A stretch of 64,000 bases of DNA, taken from Geosiphon pyriformis uo1 (Eukaryota > Fungi > Glomeromycota). Positions 1 through 13,091 of this stretch are shown here, piece after piece. The notes under the pieces were generated by a model. That model was not told the origin of the DNA. It saw nothing but the letters and a program-made list of their open reading frames with translations, and ran no database searches. Positions within the stretch are counted from its first letter, which is position 1. Every line of letters begins with the position of its first letter. Position numbers and translations under genes: made by a program. The stretch spans positions 374,173 through 438,172 of the forward strand of contig JAAOMT010000258.1 of NCBI GenBank assembly GCA_016748015.1. The letters run 5' to 3'.

Positions 1-1713
1 AATCGTGCAACCAAAAACCACTATAAGTTTTTCACAACTTTTAAAATCCACAAACGATACATTTTCCAATTCGGATAAAGCGAAATCATCCAAAAGTCTA
101 CTGAGCCCTTCAGAAAGTCAAAAAAAGTTTTCAACTTCCAAAATTTCCTTATCAAAATTTCACAAAAAACCAAATATTATCAAAAATGATGCCTTTAACG
201 CTTTCCATCCAAGCCAAACTTCCCGCAAAGATTCTCAACTGGGCAAAATTTCTCCCACAAAATCATCAAAGGGTTCAGCAAACTTAACGAAATCAAGCTC
301 ACAAGGACCTTCTGTAAGAAATTCTATTGAGCCTAATTATCCTGAGCGAGGCAAATTCAATAAAACTACGGAGATAATAAAAACAAACAATACCTTGAAA
401 CTTGAGAGAAAATCAATTGGTTTAAATTCTAAACTGAATTTCCTTGACACAAGCTCACTGCGCATACCATCATCGAAGAAGTTAAATTTAAAAGGTTAAA
501 TCAATAAAAATTCCTATTTTGAAATCTAATTGCATTCTACTTATTGCTGAATTTTTCAATTTAGAGGACGAAAGAAAAACTGATGAGTTAAAGGATTTTT
601 CATTTTTGGGCCATCGAAAACATTCAAAAAACATTTTTTCGCACCGCAATTCTAAATCCCTGTCAAGCGCTACTTCATCCAATACTGGTGAATATATTCA
701 TTCCCTTCTGCTCCATTTATACAAATTTCTCCTAAAATTTCTAAAACATTAGGAAACCCAGAAAACTTACCTTTAATCAGAGAAAATGTCGAAGAAAACT
801 CACTATCCTTAGAATCTTTTGTTCAAGATCGAAGTCCGAGTTCAAAATGGGTAAATATAACTTGGAAATAAGTTTTAGAAAGCTTCTATTTTGCTTATAT
901 TGCTTTCAATTAAAATATAGAAGTGGCGAAGAAAACCAACCTTGATTCGGAATTTGAATTCTAGCAAGAGACCCAAGGGTAAATTTTCCACAAAGTCAAA
1001 ATGATTTTACTCAAAGTGAAATTCAAATTTAATTGAAACACTAAAAATTTCATTCCAAATTTAAAGTCATCGGTGAAATGACATACAATCCGGACTTCCA
1101 ACGATGGGATGGTAATGAGTCTATCCTAAAAGAGTTTGAATTTGATAAAAATTACTCTCAATTTCGAATACAACGTCCCGCTTTGATATCTAACACTCAA
1201 TCTATGAAATCAACACACATTATTGGGAATATGATTTTTGACTCTGAAAAAATGTGTTGGAAATGCAATGCAAAAGATTCTCTCGATGATGATATATTAA
1301 AAAACTTTGATGATAATGAACATGATGATTGGGATTTTAGAAAAGATATTGTGTTTGAGCGGCAGAATTCAACTGGTAGCAGTCAGGATTTTGAGGTGGG
1401 CTGTGAGTTCGATGTTACGCCCGCATTTTTATCTAGTTTAATGACAGCAGAGAGGCAACACGGTAACGAAATGTCCAGATGGTACCCTGCGGCTGGATCA
1501 CTAAGAAATGAACAACGGTTCGGGTTACGAGATCCTAATATCCAGCGGGGGTATTTATATGATATTCGAATGGTAATTAGTATTGTTTTCAAATATGTCA
1601 ATTTGTTATGATTGTTATTTCATAACTCCTTGTACCTTTAGGCTTCTTCAAACCGTCGAAACAAACCTAACCGTTATAATGTGACACCACGGGATGGCCG
1701 ATCAAAAAAATGA
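1..1713 (+). CDS. BFA1: Byr4/Bfa1-family two-component GAP scaffold (SIN/MEN inhibitor), multi-exon, 5' end outside the window
   Basis: Paired Byr4/Bfa1 repeats 'MTYNPDFQRWDGNE' and 'RPALISN...IGNMIFDSEKMCW' after a Ser/Lys-rich region. Last intron is GT-AG 1573-1641; terminal exon 1642-1713 reads ASSNRRNKPNRYNVTPRDGRSKK*. Confidence 0.75.
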
Positions 1714-3949
1714 TCATATATAATTATGAATATCAATAATCAATAGCATTAACCTATTTTCAATTTTAGTAGTTATAATCCAAATTGCAATTTATAATTT
1801 TTGTACAATGTAAAAATATTTTTGGAAGCAATCTTCTCTAATTCATCAAATACTCTCCTGGAGGCTCATGTGCCTTAATTCATTGCAATCATACATATTT
1901 ATAAAAATAAATTATTTTTATTTATTGGTTAACACAAATGAATAAATTTCTGTTGCTAATTTATTTATTGTATAATGAGACAAATAATTTAATGATTTAT
2001 AAAAAAATTATCTGGCACACCTAAATAAAGTATTTGAGAAATATTGAGGTTTATTTTTTTTTCTTGAAAAGTGTTAAGTTGTCAATAATTTCGCCAATTT
2101 ATTTATACAATTTGAGTTGTTTTTTTATATGAGCTTTTTTCAGTCAACAATAAATTTTTAAGCATTTTTAACTGAGTTAAAAAACAAAAGTATTTGAGCA
2201 GTTATACATTTGTATATGCATTTTTTATTTTATTACTAATTTGTTTTTTTCTTAGAATTGATATTAAAATAAGTTTCAATTACAATTTTTAATTGTAAAA
2301 TATTGTTCAAAAATAATTAAAACATCAAAATAATTTTTATTTAATATTTATAAAAAAATTTCAGAATAATTTTTTTTCAATATGTAAAACTTTGTTTTCA
2401 TAAATATTATTTTTATCAAAAAATATTTTAATACTTATTTTTTAAAAAGAAATTAAGAATAGTGCTAAGTTTTTATTACAAAATATTTGTTTTAATATCT
2501 GTTTTTATTAAAAGTTTATGGTATAATTAAAAGTTTTGTATGCAGAAAGTTTAATAATATAATTTTATTTTATAAATTTATGTTTTTATTAGTTTTGTTA
2601 ATATTTTACACAATGTTTATAAGAATTTGTAAAAAAATTTCTAAATTTCTAAATTAAAAGACATTTTTCTGTTAATAGTAATTTTTTTAATAATTAATAT
2701 AGCAATATATTCAAATATTGCTTTAATTTTTATTTTATTTTTATTTAAATTTTCAGAAATAAATTAAATAAAATATTAACTTCTTTTTTAATTTTATTTT
2801 CTACTTTATTTTTTTTGTTATTTTGTTGTTTTTATAAAACTAATAAATTGAAAAAATTAGTATTGAAATTGTAACATTAAAAATTATTTAATAAAAAATA
2901 CAAAACATAAACATAAAATTAATTTATTAAAAGTTAAATACTTATTAGAAAAATAAAAAACATTATAATAAACTGGTTACTATACCAAAAAAATAAAACG
3001 CTAAATATAAAAGTTATTAGATTATTGAATTTCTGTTTTTTATACAAAAAATTCGAGTTAAATCTTTAAATTATAAAACCTAATTCATAAAATCAACTTA
3101 TAATATTTGTTGTTTTTTATAAGGTATAATTTAAATTTTATTAGAAATTATATTATTATTTATAGCAAAGCCAAAAAATTTATGATTTATCTTTTAAAAA
3201 ATTCAAAATATAGAACTATTTTCAAAAAATATAAATCTTTATTTAACAAATTCAGATTAAAATTCTTAATTTTATTATTATTAAGTTTATTATTTCTATT
3301 ATTAAATTTTAAATTAAAAAATAACTGGAAATAATTAATTAAAAAAACCAAAAATTAAAAAAAATTAAAAAAATCTAATCTTAAATTCAATTTTTATTTA
3401 TACTTTAGAGCTTATTGTTTTAAAATTTATTATTCTAAATTTTATTATATTAATATTAGTAAATTTATTTTCAACTGCATTAATACTCTATTATTAATTA
3501 TTCTAAAAAAACTGATTAAAAAAGTTTATTTTTTATTAATAGCATTAATAATCTACATATTTATTGTCAAATTAAAAAAATTTACAAACAAAAAAACAAT
3601 ATTCAAACTTGATTAAATAATATTAAAAAAGCTATTATTGTTAATAATTAAAATATTGTAAAATCAATACAAACAATTTTATTATATTTTTAAAACATAA
3701 TAGATATGTAATATTAAAATTTAATTATAAAATCAGTTAACTTTAATATATTTATAACTGTTTTTTACAATATTTTAATAATCTAAATAGTATTATTAAA
3801 TTATAAAACTAATTTAATATGATTAAATAAAATAATAACAAAACAATTATTACTTATTTATAATATTTTATTAAAGCTTATAATAAATACAAACAATTAA
3901 CTATAACAAAACTTTTTGTCTTCTTAATTTTATAATTACTACCAAAGCA

Positions 3950-5960
3950 AAAAGTAAAAAGACTGCATTTAATATTTTTTCTGAAATATTTAATAAAATT
4001 TCAACCAGAAAAGTTCTCTCTGTTGTAGAAACAACTAGGCAAAACGTTTTAAAAGTCTTTTCTTTACTCAGTAATCATAAAAGCTGCCTTTAATAACTGT
4101 TAAAGCATTTTTTCATTTTTAGCTGGTTTTTACTAGTCAAAGTTCTCTTAAAAAAACATATTTAAGTTAGTCCCAATGTTGTTTCTACCTTCTTAAAAAG
4201 CCCAAAATTTTTTAATAACATACTAGTTAACAAGCTGGTGTTTCTTTTTATAGTTTTTATATCAGATGTTATTAATATTTTTTCTTTAAAAGTTCAAAAA
4301 AAAGGAAGCAGTTGCTCGTTTTTGCTATTGTTACACTGAATTTTTTTGTAATTCCTAATAAGATTTTAAATAAAATCTCTATTATATTATCTAACAAGTT
4401 ATTTAAGATAGACTAAAATTAACTATTGATTATATTGTCAAATATAGTGTTTTTTAGCAGATCATTACCAGTTTTAAAAGCAAGCAACTATTTTTTGTAA
4501 AGTTATCTGTTCTTGAAAACTGGACTAACTAAATAAAAATTAATTCATTTTTTTTGCTAATTTTTGGTACTGCTATTAGTAATGCTTGAAAAATTATTAC
4601 TAATTATTAAAAATTTGCTGGATAAATAACTTCTATTATAGTGTTTGGTACTATTTTTAAGATTAAATTGGCTTATATTAAAGCTGTTTTTTAGTCTATA
4701 CATAGTTTTTTAGGTGTAAAATCAATATTAAAAGACAATATAAAACTTTTTTGTATAGAGTTTGCTTCTTAAAAGTCTTTGAAAGTTGCTTTTTTAGTTA
4801 AGCTTACAAGCTTTGTTTATTTGGCCACTTTTAAAATTGCCAAGTCTTTGGTAATTTCTGAGTCTGGTTTTTTTTTGCTGTTATTATACTGTATAATATA
4901 CTTTTAGATATATCTGCTGCTAATATCAAGATAGCTCTTAGTGTGTTTGATAAAATTATTTGTATTGTGTTGAAGTCTGCTAGTATTTGACAATATGTGA
5001 TTGTTTACTTTAGTAAAATAGACTCTGTTGTATTCATTTTAAATCATTAATCAGTTTTAATAAACAAAGATCTTTTTTTTGATAAATTAGAATAAAACTA
5101 TTATGTCTTATAATAAGTTTAAAACCAAGTTGGTTAATCTTTTTTTTGGCTGTACTGTTTTTAAAATTAGTAATATAATTTTTCAAGTTGGTAACCAAAC
5201 ATGTTTTATTTTTTGCTTTTTTAATTCTGGTTGTTGTTTCTGGTTTGCTCTGGTTATATTTGAATTTTAAGTAGATTTAGATGCTATTGTAATTAAAACT
5301 AGTACACTAAGAAAATGTCACATCTGATAAAAAATTTCTGACTGTTAATACTGTTTTAGTTATTAAAAAGTAGACTATTTGGCTGTAGATTGTAAAGTAT
5401 CTCCACTTTTTATTTCTAAAACTTCCAAAATATTTACACTCTATTTTGTGAGTTTTAAGTCTTATGCCAAAGTTTTTGTCCCTTTAATTTTTTGGTGCTG
5501 TCTTAGTTGTTTTTTTTGGAATTTGATCTGACCAAACTTTTTGTATTGATTGTGTTAATTGTTAAGTCTATTAATTTTCTGGTTATTATTTTTGAATAGT
5601 TTATTAAAAGTAATTTGGTTTTAAGCAGTATTTTAATCTTAAAATTAATAAATTTATAGTTTATTTGAGTTTTTTTAGCAAAGTTGTTAGTAAGTTGAAA
5701 AAAAAAGTAGTTTTACTGAAAAAAAAGTGTTGTATAGATAATATTAATATGTCTAATAATTTGAATTATCTGATTGGTATTGATAATGATATATTTTTTA
5801 ATTTGATGTTTTTTTAAATATATGAGCCTAATAGTATTAAAATTGATCTTTTAAAAACAGCTGAATAGTAAATTAAATTAGTCTCTTATAGCATATAATT
5901 ATTTAATATAGTTTAAAAGATGTCAGTTTTAAGTAAATTTACTTTTATTATAACAATATA
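3950..5960 (+). mobile_element. Degenerate gag/ORF1-like sequence of a retroelement with CCHC knuckle remnant
   Basis: Less eroded stretch that reads as stop-riddled coding sequence (e.g. 'KDNIKLFCIEFAS*KSLKVAFLVKLTSFVYLATFKIAKSLVISESG'). About 5352-5396 'CFSY*KVDYLAVDCK' fits C-x2-C-x4-H-x4-C with C>Y and H>Y via G>A/C>T. Confidence 0.55.
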
Positions 5961-6959
5961 ACATAGTCTAAATTGATTTAAATAATTGGTTATATGTAAA
6001 AAGTATGTAAACTATATTTAATTTGGAATGTTTAGTTTGTTTTATAATTTTAAATAATAATTAAACCATATTCATTAAACTTAATATAAAAAAAAAATTA
6101 AACTTAATTATTATATTTAATAATTTTTAAAAAACTGTTATATTAACCAAAAATTTTGAATTATTTAAGCTATTAACTTAATATAAAATAAATTAGCTAA
6201 ATTAAATACTAAATTAAAACAATTTAATAAATTTATTATATAATATTTAAAGAATACTTAATTAATAATAAGTCTATATATTAGTTTTTACAATAAAAAA
6301 AATTAAAATAGAATATGAGTTATATTAATAAGTTTAATTTTAATAATAGCTAGAATAGACTTAAATTTACAATTATTTCCAAAAAAAATCATATTAAAAT
6401 TATAATTACCAAATTAAAGACAAAAAATTAACATAAAAACTTTAATAATTAATATTAAATTCTAATTTATAAATTTAAGAACTTGTAAAAACAATATTAA
6501 TACTATTTATATTATCTACTATTATTTTAACTATTAATATACTTATTATATTACAATTATTTTATTTGTATTTTATCTATTAAACACAATTTTTAAGATT
6601 ATTACAATTAAACTAAATATTTACATAGTAAATAATAAGCAAAAATCAGAATTGGTAATTGGTATTAATTATTTATTAACTAATTTCTAATATTGCTAGT
6701 TCTTAATATAAAAATTATGTTAGTAATTTGAAAAATGCTTCTTTTTAATATTTAAATTAACAAAGCTAATTAAATTTTTATAAAACTTTAAAAACTGAAA
6801 TTATTAACAATAACCAAAAAACAGATAACAATAATCTTATAAATAATAATATTTTATCTACTATTATTATTATTTTTTGGCCATTTTTCTATCTAATTTA
6901 AGTAAACATGAATCACAAAAATTATTATTTAATAAAGTTGTTTTAAACTTAAAAAAGCC

Positions 6960-7560
6960 AATTATAATAATATATATTAATATAAAAATTAATAATTTAT
7001 TTAGGGAATTGCTAAATCGACCATCCGTAATATGTGATATTAATATATATAGAATTTTAATAGTAATTCTAGTTTAATTAAAATAAAAAATAATTTTTTC
7101 TTATATAAAATTGAATATAGATTATATATTTAATTTTTTATTATGCCTTAAGTAATTCATATTGTTTTATAATTAAAAAACACTTCGTTAATATGTTCCT
7201 ATATAGTTGAATACGAAACTATGACGTAAAATAATATCACGTGTTACGGGTGGGTCGATTTAGCAATTTCCTTAATTTATTAAGCTTATTTTTAATAATA
7301 ATTTAGCAAACAATATTATTACAAAACAAAATATAAACTAATTAAGTTGTTAAATTAATTATGCTAATAAAATTACAAACATATTGTAAACAATATTAAC
7401 AATTTTTTATTAAAGTCAACAAAATTATTATATTTATCAAAGTTTTAATTATAAAAGCTATATAATACTAAGTTTTTATTAATAATAACTGTTTAAAATT
7501 TATGCTATGCTAAATAAAAATATTTATTAATTTTAATTAGATTTTAATAAACATTATGCA
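6960..7560 (+). mobile_element. Degenerate retropepsin (Ty3/gypsy-like aspartic protease) relic interrupted by a MITE
   Basis: About 7279-7330 reads IKLIFNNNLANNIITKQ, the mostly G>A-mutated form of a retropepsin active site such as IKLILDSGSAGSIITKQ. Confidence 0.5.
7004..7271. mobile_element. Tourist-like (PIF/Harbinger) MITE, 268 bp, about 38-bp TIRs, TTA target-site duplication
   Basis: Left end gggaattgctaaatcgaccatccgtaatatgtgatatt is the imperfect reverse complement of right end aatatcacgtgttacgggtgggtcgatttagcaatttcc. TTA at 7001-7003 and 7272-7274; no internal ORF. Confidence 0.8.
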
Positions 7561-10500
7561 AAAATACTAGCAATTTATAATTACTTTAAAATAATTCCTA
7601 TCTAAGATTAGCTGTTTATTAAATTCAAAATAACAGTAAAACAATTTATATTAAAAACTTTTCAAATTAATAATAATTATATTACTTATTATAACTACTT
7701 ACTTAAGAAAAAACAAAAAAAAACAACTAATAATATTAAGATATTTATGTTTAAATAAGTAATCTTAATTATATTAATATCTAAAACTAAAATATGTTAA
7801 ATACAAAAAATTTATTATTTAATAAAATATATTTTTTATTCAATAAAAAATAATTAAAAATTATTTAGTTTTATTATAAAATATGCCATAAAAAAATATT
7901 TGACTAATCAAAAAACAAAAAATAAGATATTATTTTATAATTTATTTATAAAAAAACTTTGTTTAATAAATATATATAAAATAATATAGCAAATTAAAAA
8001 ACAATTAAATATTAACCAAGTTAGAAAATTATTTATATAAAATTTAAAAAATAAGTAAATAATATTACTTTTATATTTTAAAACTAATTAATTATTAAAA
8101 TTTTTAATTAATAAAATATATAATAATTATGGTAATATTAATTTTAAATTCGCAAAACCAAATTTTTGTATAAGTATTTTGGCTTTTTTTGCAATAATTA
8201 AAACTTTTAAAATATCTAATTATATAATATTTAAGATTTTTATCTGAATTTTTAAAGTTATTTTCTTTAAGATTTATATATTTTTATGATTTTACCAAGA
8301 AGTTTATAGTATTTAAGTAGTTTTTATATAACAGATTTTTGTTGATAAACAAACTTTTATTATTTGTTTTAAATAATAAGCAAGATATTTATAAGATTGA
8401 TTATATATATTGAATTTATACAAATTTAATTTGTTTATTAAGTTAAAATATTCTTTATTATTTTTATCGTTTTTTTGTTATCTATTAAGATTTTTATTTG
8501 ACTATAATAATATAATTTTGTTTGGTAAAAGACGTTTTTTTATTGATATAAGCAATAATATGTTTTTTTGTTATTATTTAATTGAAATAAAATAATACTT
8601 AATTAAAATTTAAAGGCACTAATATAAAAAATAAAAAGCTTATTTAGATTAAATTGTTTTAAAATAGACTTAAAAATTAATTTTTCTTTAAAAGATTTGA
8701 AAGTTTTTATTAAACTGTATTATAATAATAGTTTATATATTTTTGAAAAGCCAATTTAAAAATAAACAATTTTTAATAATATAAAACTAATATAAAAAAA
8801 ATTAAATTTATTAATTACTTGAATTTTTTCTTTTTTATCTTGGCTAAATTAAAAAAAGATTTTATTTTTTAAATAAAATATTCTAAAAAACAAATAAATT
8901 AGCATTTAAAAAAAATTTACTCAGATTTCATCTTGAAATTTGTATTTTAAAAAAAATTAAAAATTGGTTCTAAATATTTATTTCAAATTTTTCAATATAT
9001 AATTATATAATTAAAATATACAAAAACAAACTTTTTATAAATTAGGTTAAACATTTTATAAAAAAGTGAGTTGAATATTTATCAATTTAAAAAATATTAT
9101 TATATAATAAAAACAGTTTTATTTTTGTTAATAAAATTTATTTTTATTTGTTTAAATTCAATAGTTAAATAAATTATTAAGAAGAATATTGTATATTTAA
9201 ATTTATTAACATTTTTATAATATTAAAAAAATAAAGATTTTATTTATTGTTTATATTTAGCTAGTAATAATTAATACAAAATTGTAGGATTTTTTTTTTG
9301 AATACTACTACAATTATAAATGTTTATTTATTTTTAGTTTTCTGTATAAATTAAAGATTTTTATTTATTTTATTAATCGAATTGATAAAACTTTATATGA
9401 ATTAATTAAATTGGTTTGTTAATATTTTTTTAATAGATTTTATTTGCTTAATTAATAAGAACTTAATTTTGAGTACTTTTTTTAAATGATTTTTTTATTT
9501 TATTTTTTTATTTATTACATATCAAACTAATAGTTTTCAATTTTGTAATAAATTAATACTATTTTGTATTATTATTAAAAAATTACAAAAATTAATTGTA
9601 TTAATATTTTGTATAAAAACTTATTACCAATAATTTTATATAATTTTTTTGTTAAATTGTTATTAGAATATTTTTTGAAACATGATATAAAATAATTAAT
9701 AAATAAGTTTACTATTTATAATTAAACTTTTACATATTATTTAAAAATATATTTTATTGCTAAATATTGTAAAAATCAACTCAATTTTTTTGTTTTTTAA
9801 ATTGCTGTTATTATTATTAAATTACTTTTGAAAATACTATTTAATATTAATACTTTACTATAATTTGTTTTTTATTATATTAAATAATAAACTTATATAA
9901 TTTATAATTTAGCTAAGTTTTATTTTTTTTTGTTTTTAATATTTTAATATTAATTTTAATACATATTTTATTAATTTAAACAGATATAGCTTTTGGAATT
10001 TTAAATTTTTATTATTATTATAAATATTAGTTATTAATTTTATTAAAAATTTATTTATTTTATTTCTAATTACTTTAAAAAATACTAAGTTATTATCAAA
10101 AAACTATTATTTAAAATTAAATTTATAAATTATCTAGCTATTTATAATTTACAAATCAGAAAAATAATATTATTATTTATTAATTTTTGACAATTTTTTC
10201 TAAGATTTAAGACTTTTGTAAAAATTTTCAGAATTATAAATGAGTTATTAACTAATTAAATATTGTATAATTAGATATTTTTATAAGATTTAACTTTGGT
10301 AAATTCATAAATGTTTTTGTTTATAGTATTTTATTTTTTTATTGAATATTAAAACAGCTTTATTAAAATTAAAGTTAAAGCTAATTTTTTGCTTTTTGAA
10401 TTTTGTATAGCCAAAAAATTTACTATTTATATCTTATATTTTAGTATAATTATTAGTCAAATTAAAACTATATTAGAAGTTTTTTTTCTTTATAACTTAT

Positions 10501-12246
10501 ATTTTTACTTTAAAAAATATATTTATTAGTTTAAAACAAATATTTTGTTGTTTTAATTAAGAAATTTTTTTTAAAAGTTTATACAAGTTTAATTAAATTT
10601 TAAATTAAATATTTATTTATAATTTTAGAAATTTTAATCATATTAAAATTGTTACTATTAATTGATATTAATTTTTTGTGTTAATTTAATTGTTATATTT
10701 GAAATTAAATTGGTTTTTAAGCAAAAATAATAGAATATAAAAAAATTAGATTTTAATTTTTTTATAAAAAAAATATTTTTTGCTTTTTAGTCTATTTTTT
10801 TTAAAGTTTACATATTTTATTAACTTTTAAATTGCTTTTGCATATTTTATAATTATTTATTTTGTATTTTACAGATATTATTCAAATTTTATTAGTTATT
10901 TAATTAAAATAAAAATTTTCAAATTAAATAGTAAAAAAGATATTAATTTGGTTTGTATTTTTAAAAAACTATTTTATTGGTTATTTTTTAAATAAATTAT
11001 GTAACAAAAAATTCTTAAAAATATTTTCTAAATATTTAAGCTTGTAGTTATTATTATACTGATTCTTGTAATTATTTTTTTAAAATCTTTTAATTATTTA
11101 ATTAAATTTTAAGTATTTTTTTAAAATAAAAATAAGAGAATTATATTTTGTTAATTAAAAACTGTTTGAATTCTTTGAAAAAAAGTAAAATATTGTTGTC
11201 ATAAAAAATAATTGATTAAATTATTATATTAAATATTGGAATTTATAATAAAGTTTTTTTTGTTTTCATTTTTTGGTAAAATTTTAAGCAATTAATACAC
11301 AGCTATTTAATTATAAATTTAATAATTTAAAACTTTAAACTTAAAAAATAATTGTCTAAAAAAACTGAAAATAATATTTTATTAAGGTTATTATTTTTGT
11401 TTTAAAATTTTTTTAAAATAAATTTATTGAAAAGTAATTAATATAACAGAATAAATTTTAATTAAAGAATTTATATAAAACCAATTTTAAAAATCTTAAC
11501 AAAAAAACAAATAAAACAAAATAAAAAAATAAATTTTAATATATTCTAAATTGTTTTAATTATAAATATAAAATAATCTTGAATTTTTTGTGTTTTAAAA
11601 AAAATAATTGTGTATATTATAATAAATAAATTAAAAATTTAACAATTTTATAAAAAGCTTTATTTTTATAATATAAATTAGAACAATATATTAATAAATA
11701 ACAAAAAAAAACAAATATTATATAATAAAAAAATAATAAAAAATTAAAATTTGTAAAAGTTTTATATATAAAATTATTTATAAATATTTTAATTGTTATT
11801 TTTTCTATTAATAAAAAATAACACAATTACAATAATTATATATTATATATTAATATTTTTATAATTTAATAACAAATATTATTTGTATTTTTCAATAAAT
11901 TTTTATTTAATATGTTTTAAAAAAGCTAACAAAATACAAATTAAGAAAAAATAAAATAAAATAAAGAAGTTAATATTATTGTATTAATTTTTGTTTAAAT
12001 AAAATAATTTAAATATAAATAATTTGAAATAATAATTAAGTTATTTATTAAATTCATAATTATATTAACAAATATTGTTTTTTGTTTAGATTTTATGCTT
12101 TTTGTTTATATTTATAAAAATATATATTAAAACTAATAATATAATTGTTTTTGAAAATACTTTAAAACATTTTTAAATCTGTTTGTTATGTTTAATAAAA
12201 AGCTAAATCTGATATTACTATTGTAAATAAGATTTTTTTAATAAAT

Positions 12247-13025
12247 ATTGATTAGATTTAATTATTTTTGATTTTTTATTCAAATTTTTATATAGCTATT
12301 AGACATATAAATAGTATTATAACAAATTTACACTTCTTTTTAATAAAATTTTTGTATTATTATCTGTTTATTATTATTTGTAAATACTTATATGATAAAA
12401 AGTATTTTAATATTTTGTGTTATATTGTAAAAAAATAGAGTTTTTTGATTATTTTTTCTCTTGTAAAATAAATTTGGATATTTGTAAAAATTATTAAAAT
12501 TATATATGGCTTTGTAAAAGTTTATATTGAGTTTAAACCAATTATTATTATGTGTTTTATAATTTTTATTATTATATATATTAGATAATATTATATATGT
12601 TATATTAGATAAAAATTTTATTTTTAAAGACTAATACATAAAAGCTCTTTTTGTTTTTGAGAATTTTAAAGTAATTATTAACAAAATTGTAAATTTTATG
12701 TATAATTTAAAGATAATTTATTATAATAAAATATTATTAATTTAATTTAAGTTTAGAATATTTATGAAAAAAAATAGTTTAATATTCTATAATACCTTTA
12801 TGTCTTCTGTTATCTAAAAATTTTTGTTTTTGCTTTTTGATAGTATTATAAAACTGTTTAAAATTGTTTAATATTTTGATATTTGTTTTAAAATATACAA
12901 ATTGTGTTTATTTTTACAAATATTAATAATATTATTTATGCTAAAATAAGTTTATAATAATGTTTTAACTGGTTTAAATAACTGGTTGTATTTAAAAATA
13001 TATAATTTATGCTTAGTTTAAATCA
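12247..13025 (+). mobile_element. Old, heavily mutated 3' end of a LINE related to 22518-23995
   Basis: 12247-12464 is codon-colinear with 23153-23371, including the C-x2-C-x7-H-x3-C finger. 12962-13025 aligns with the 3'UTR at 23870-23935. Confidence 0.75.
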
Positions 13026-13091
13026 TTTTTTTTTATTAAAAGCTTAACGAGTGAAGCCCAACTGCTATCTAGTACATAAAGCCAAACTAAG
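13026..13091 (-). mobile_element. Very short LINE 3'-terminal fragment with poly(A), tail-to-tail with the old LINE 3'UTR
   Basis: Reverse complement cttagtttggctttatgtactagatagcagttgggcttcactcgttaagc...aaaaaaaaa resembles tgtactaggtagtgtttagacttcactcattaa+poly(A) at 23948-23995. Confidence 0.7.

Noticed and set aside
3107-11826. Short ORFs in AT blocks (3107, 6877, 8410, 11617; also 62856)
   Set aside because: Dominated by F/I/K/L/N/Y from AT-only codons, mostly non-ATG starts; chance ORFs in eroded DNA.
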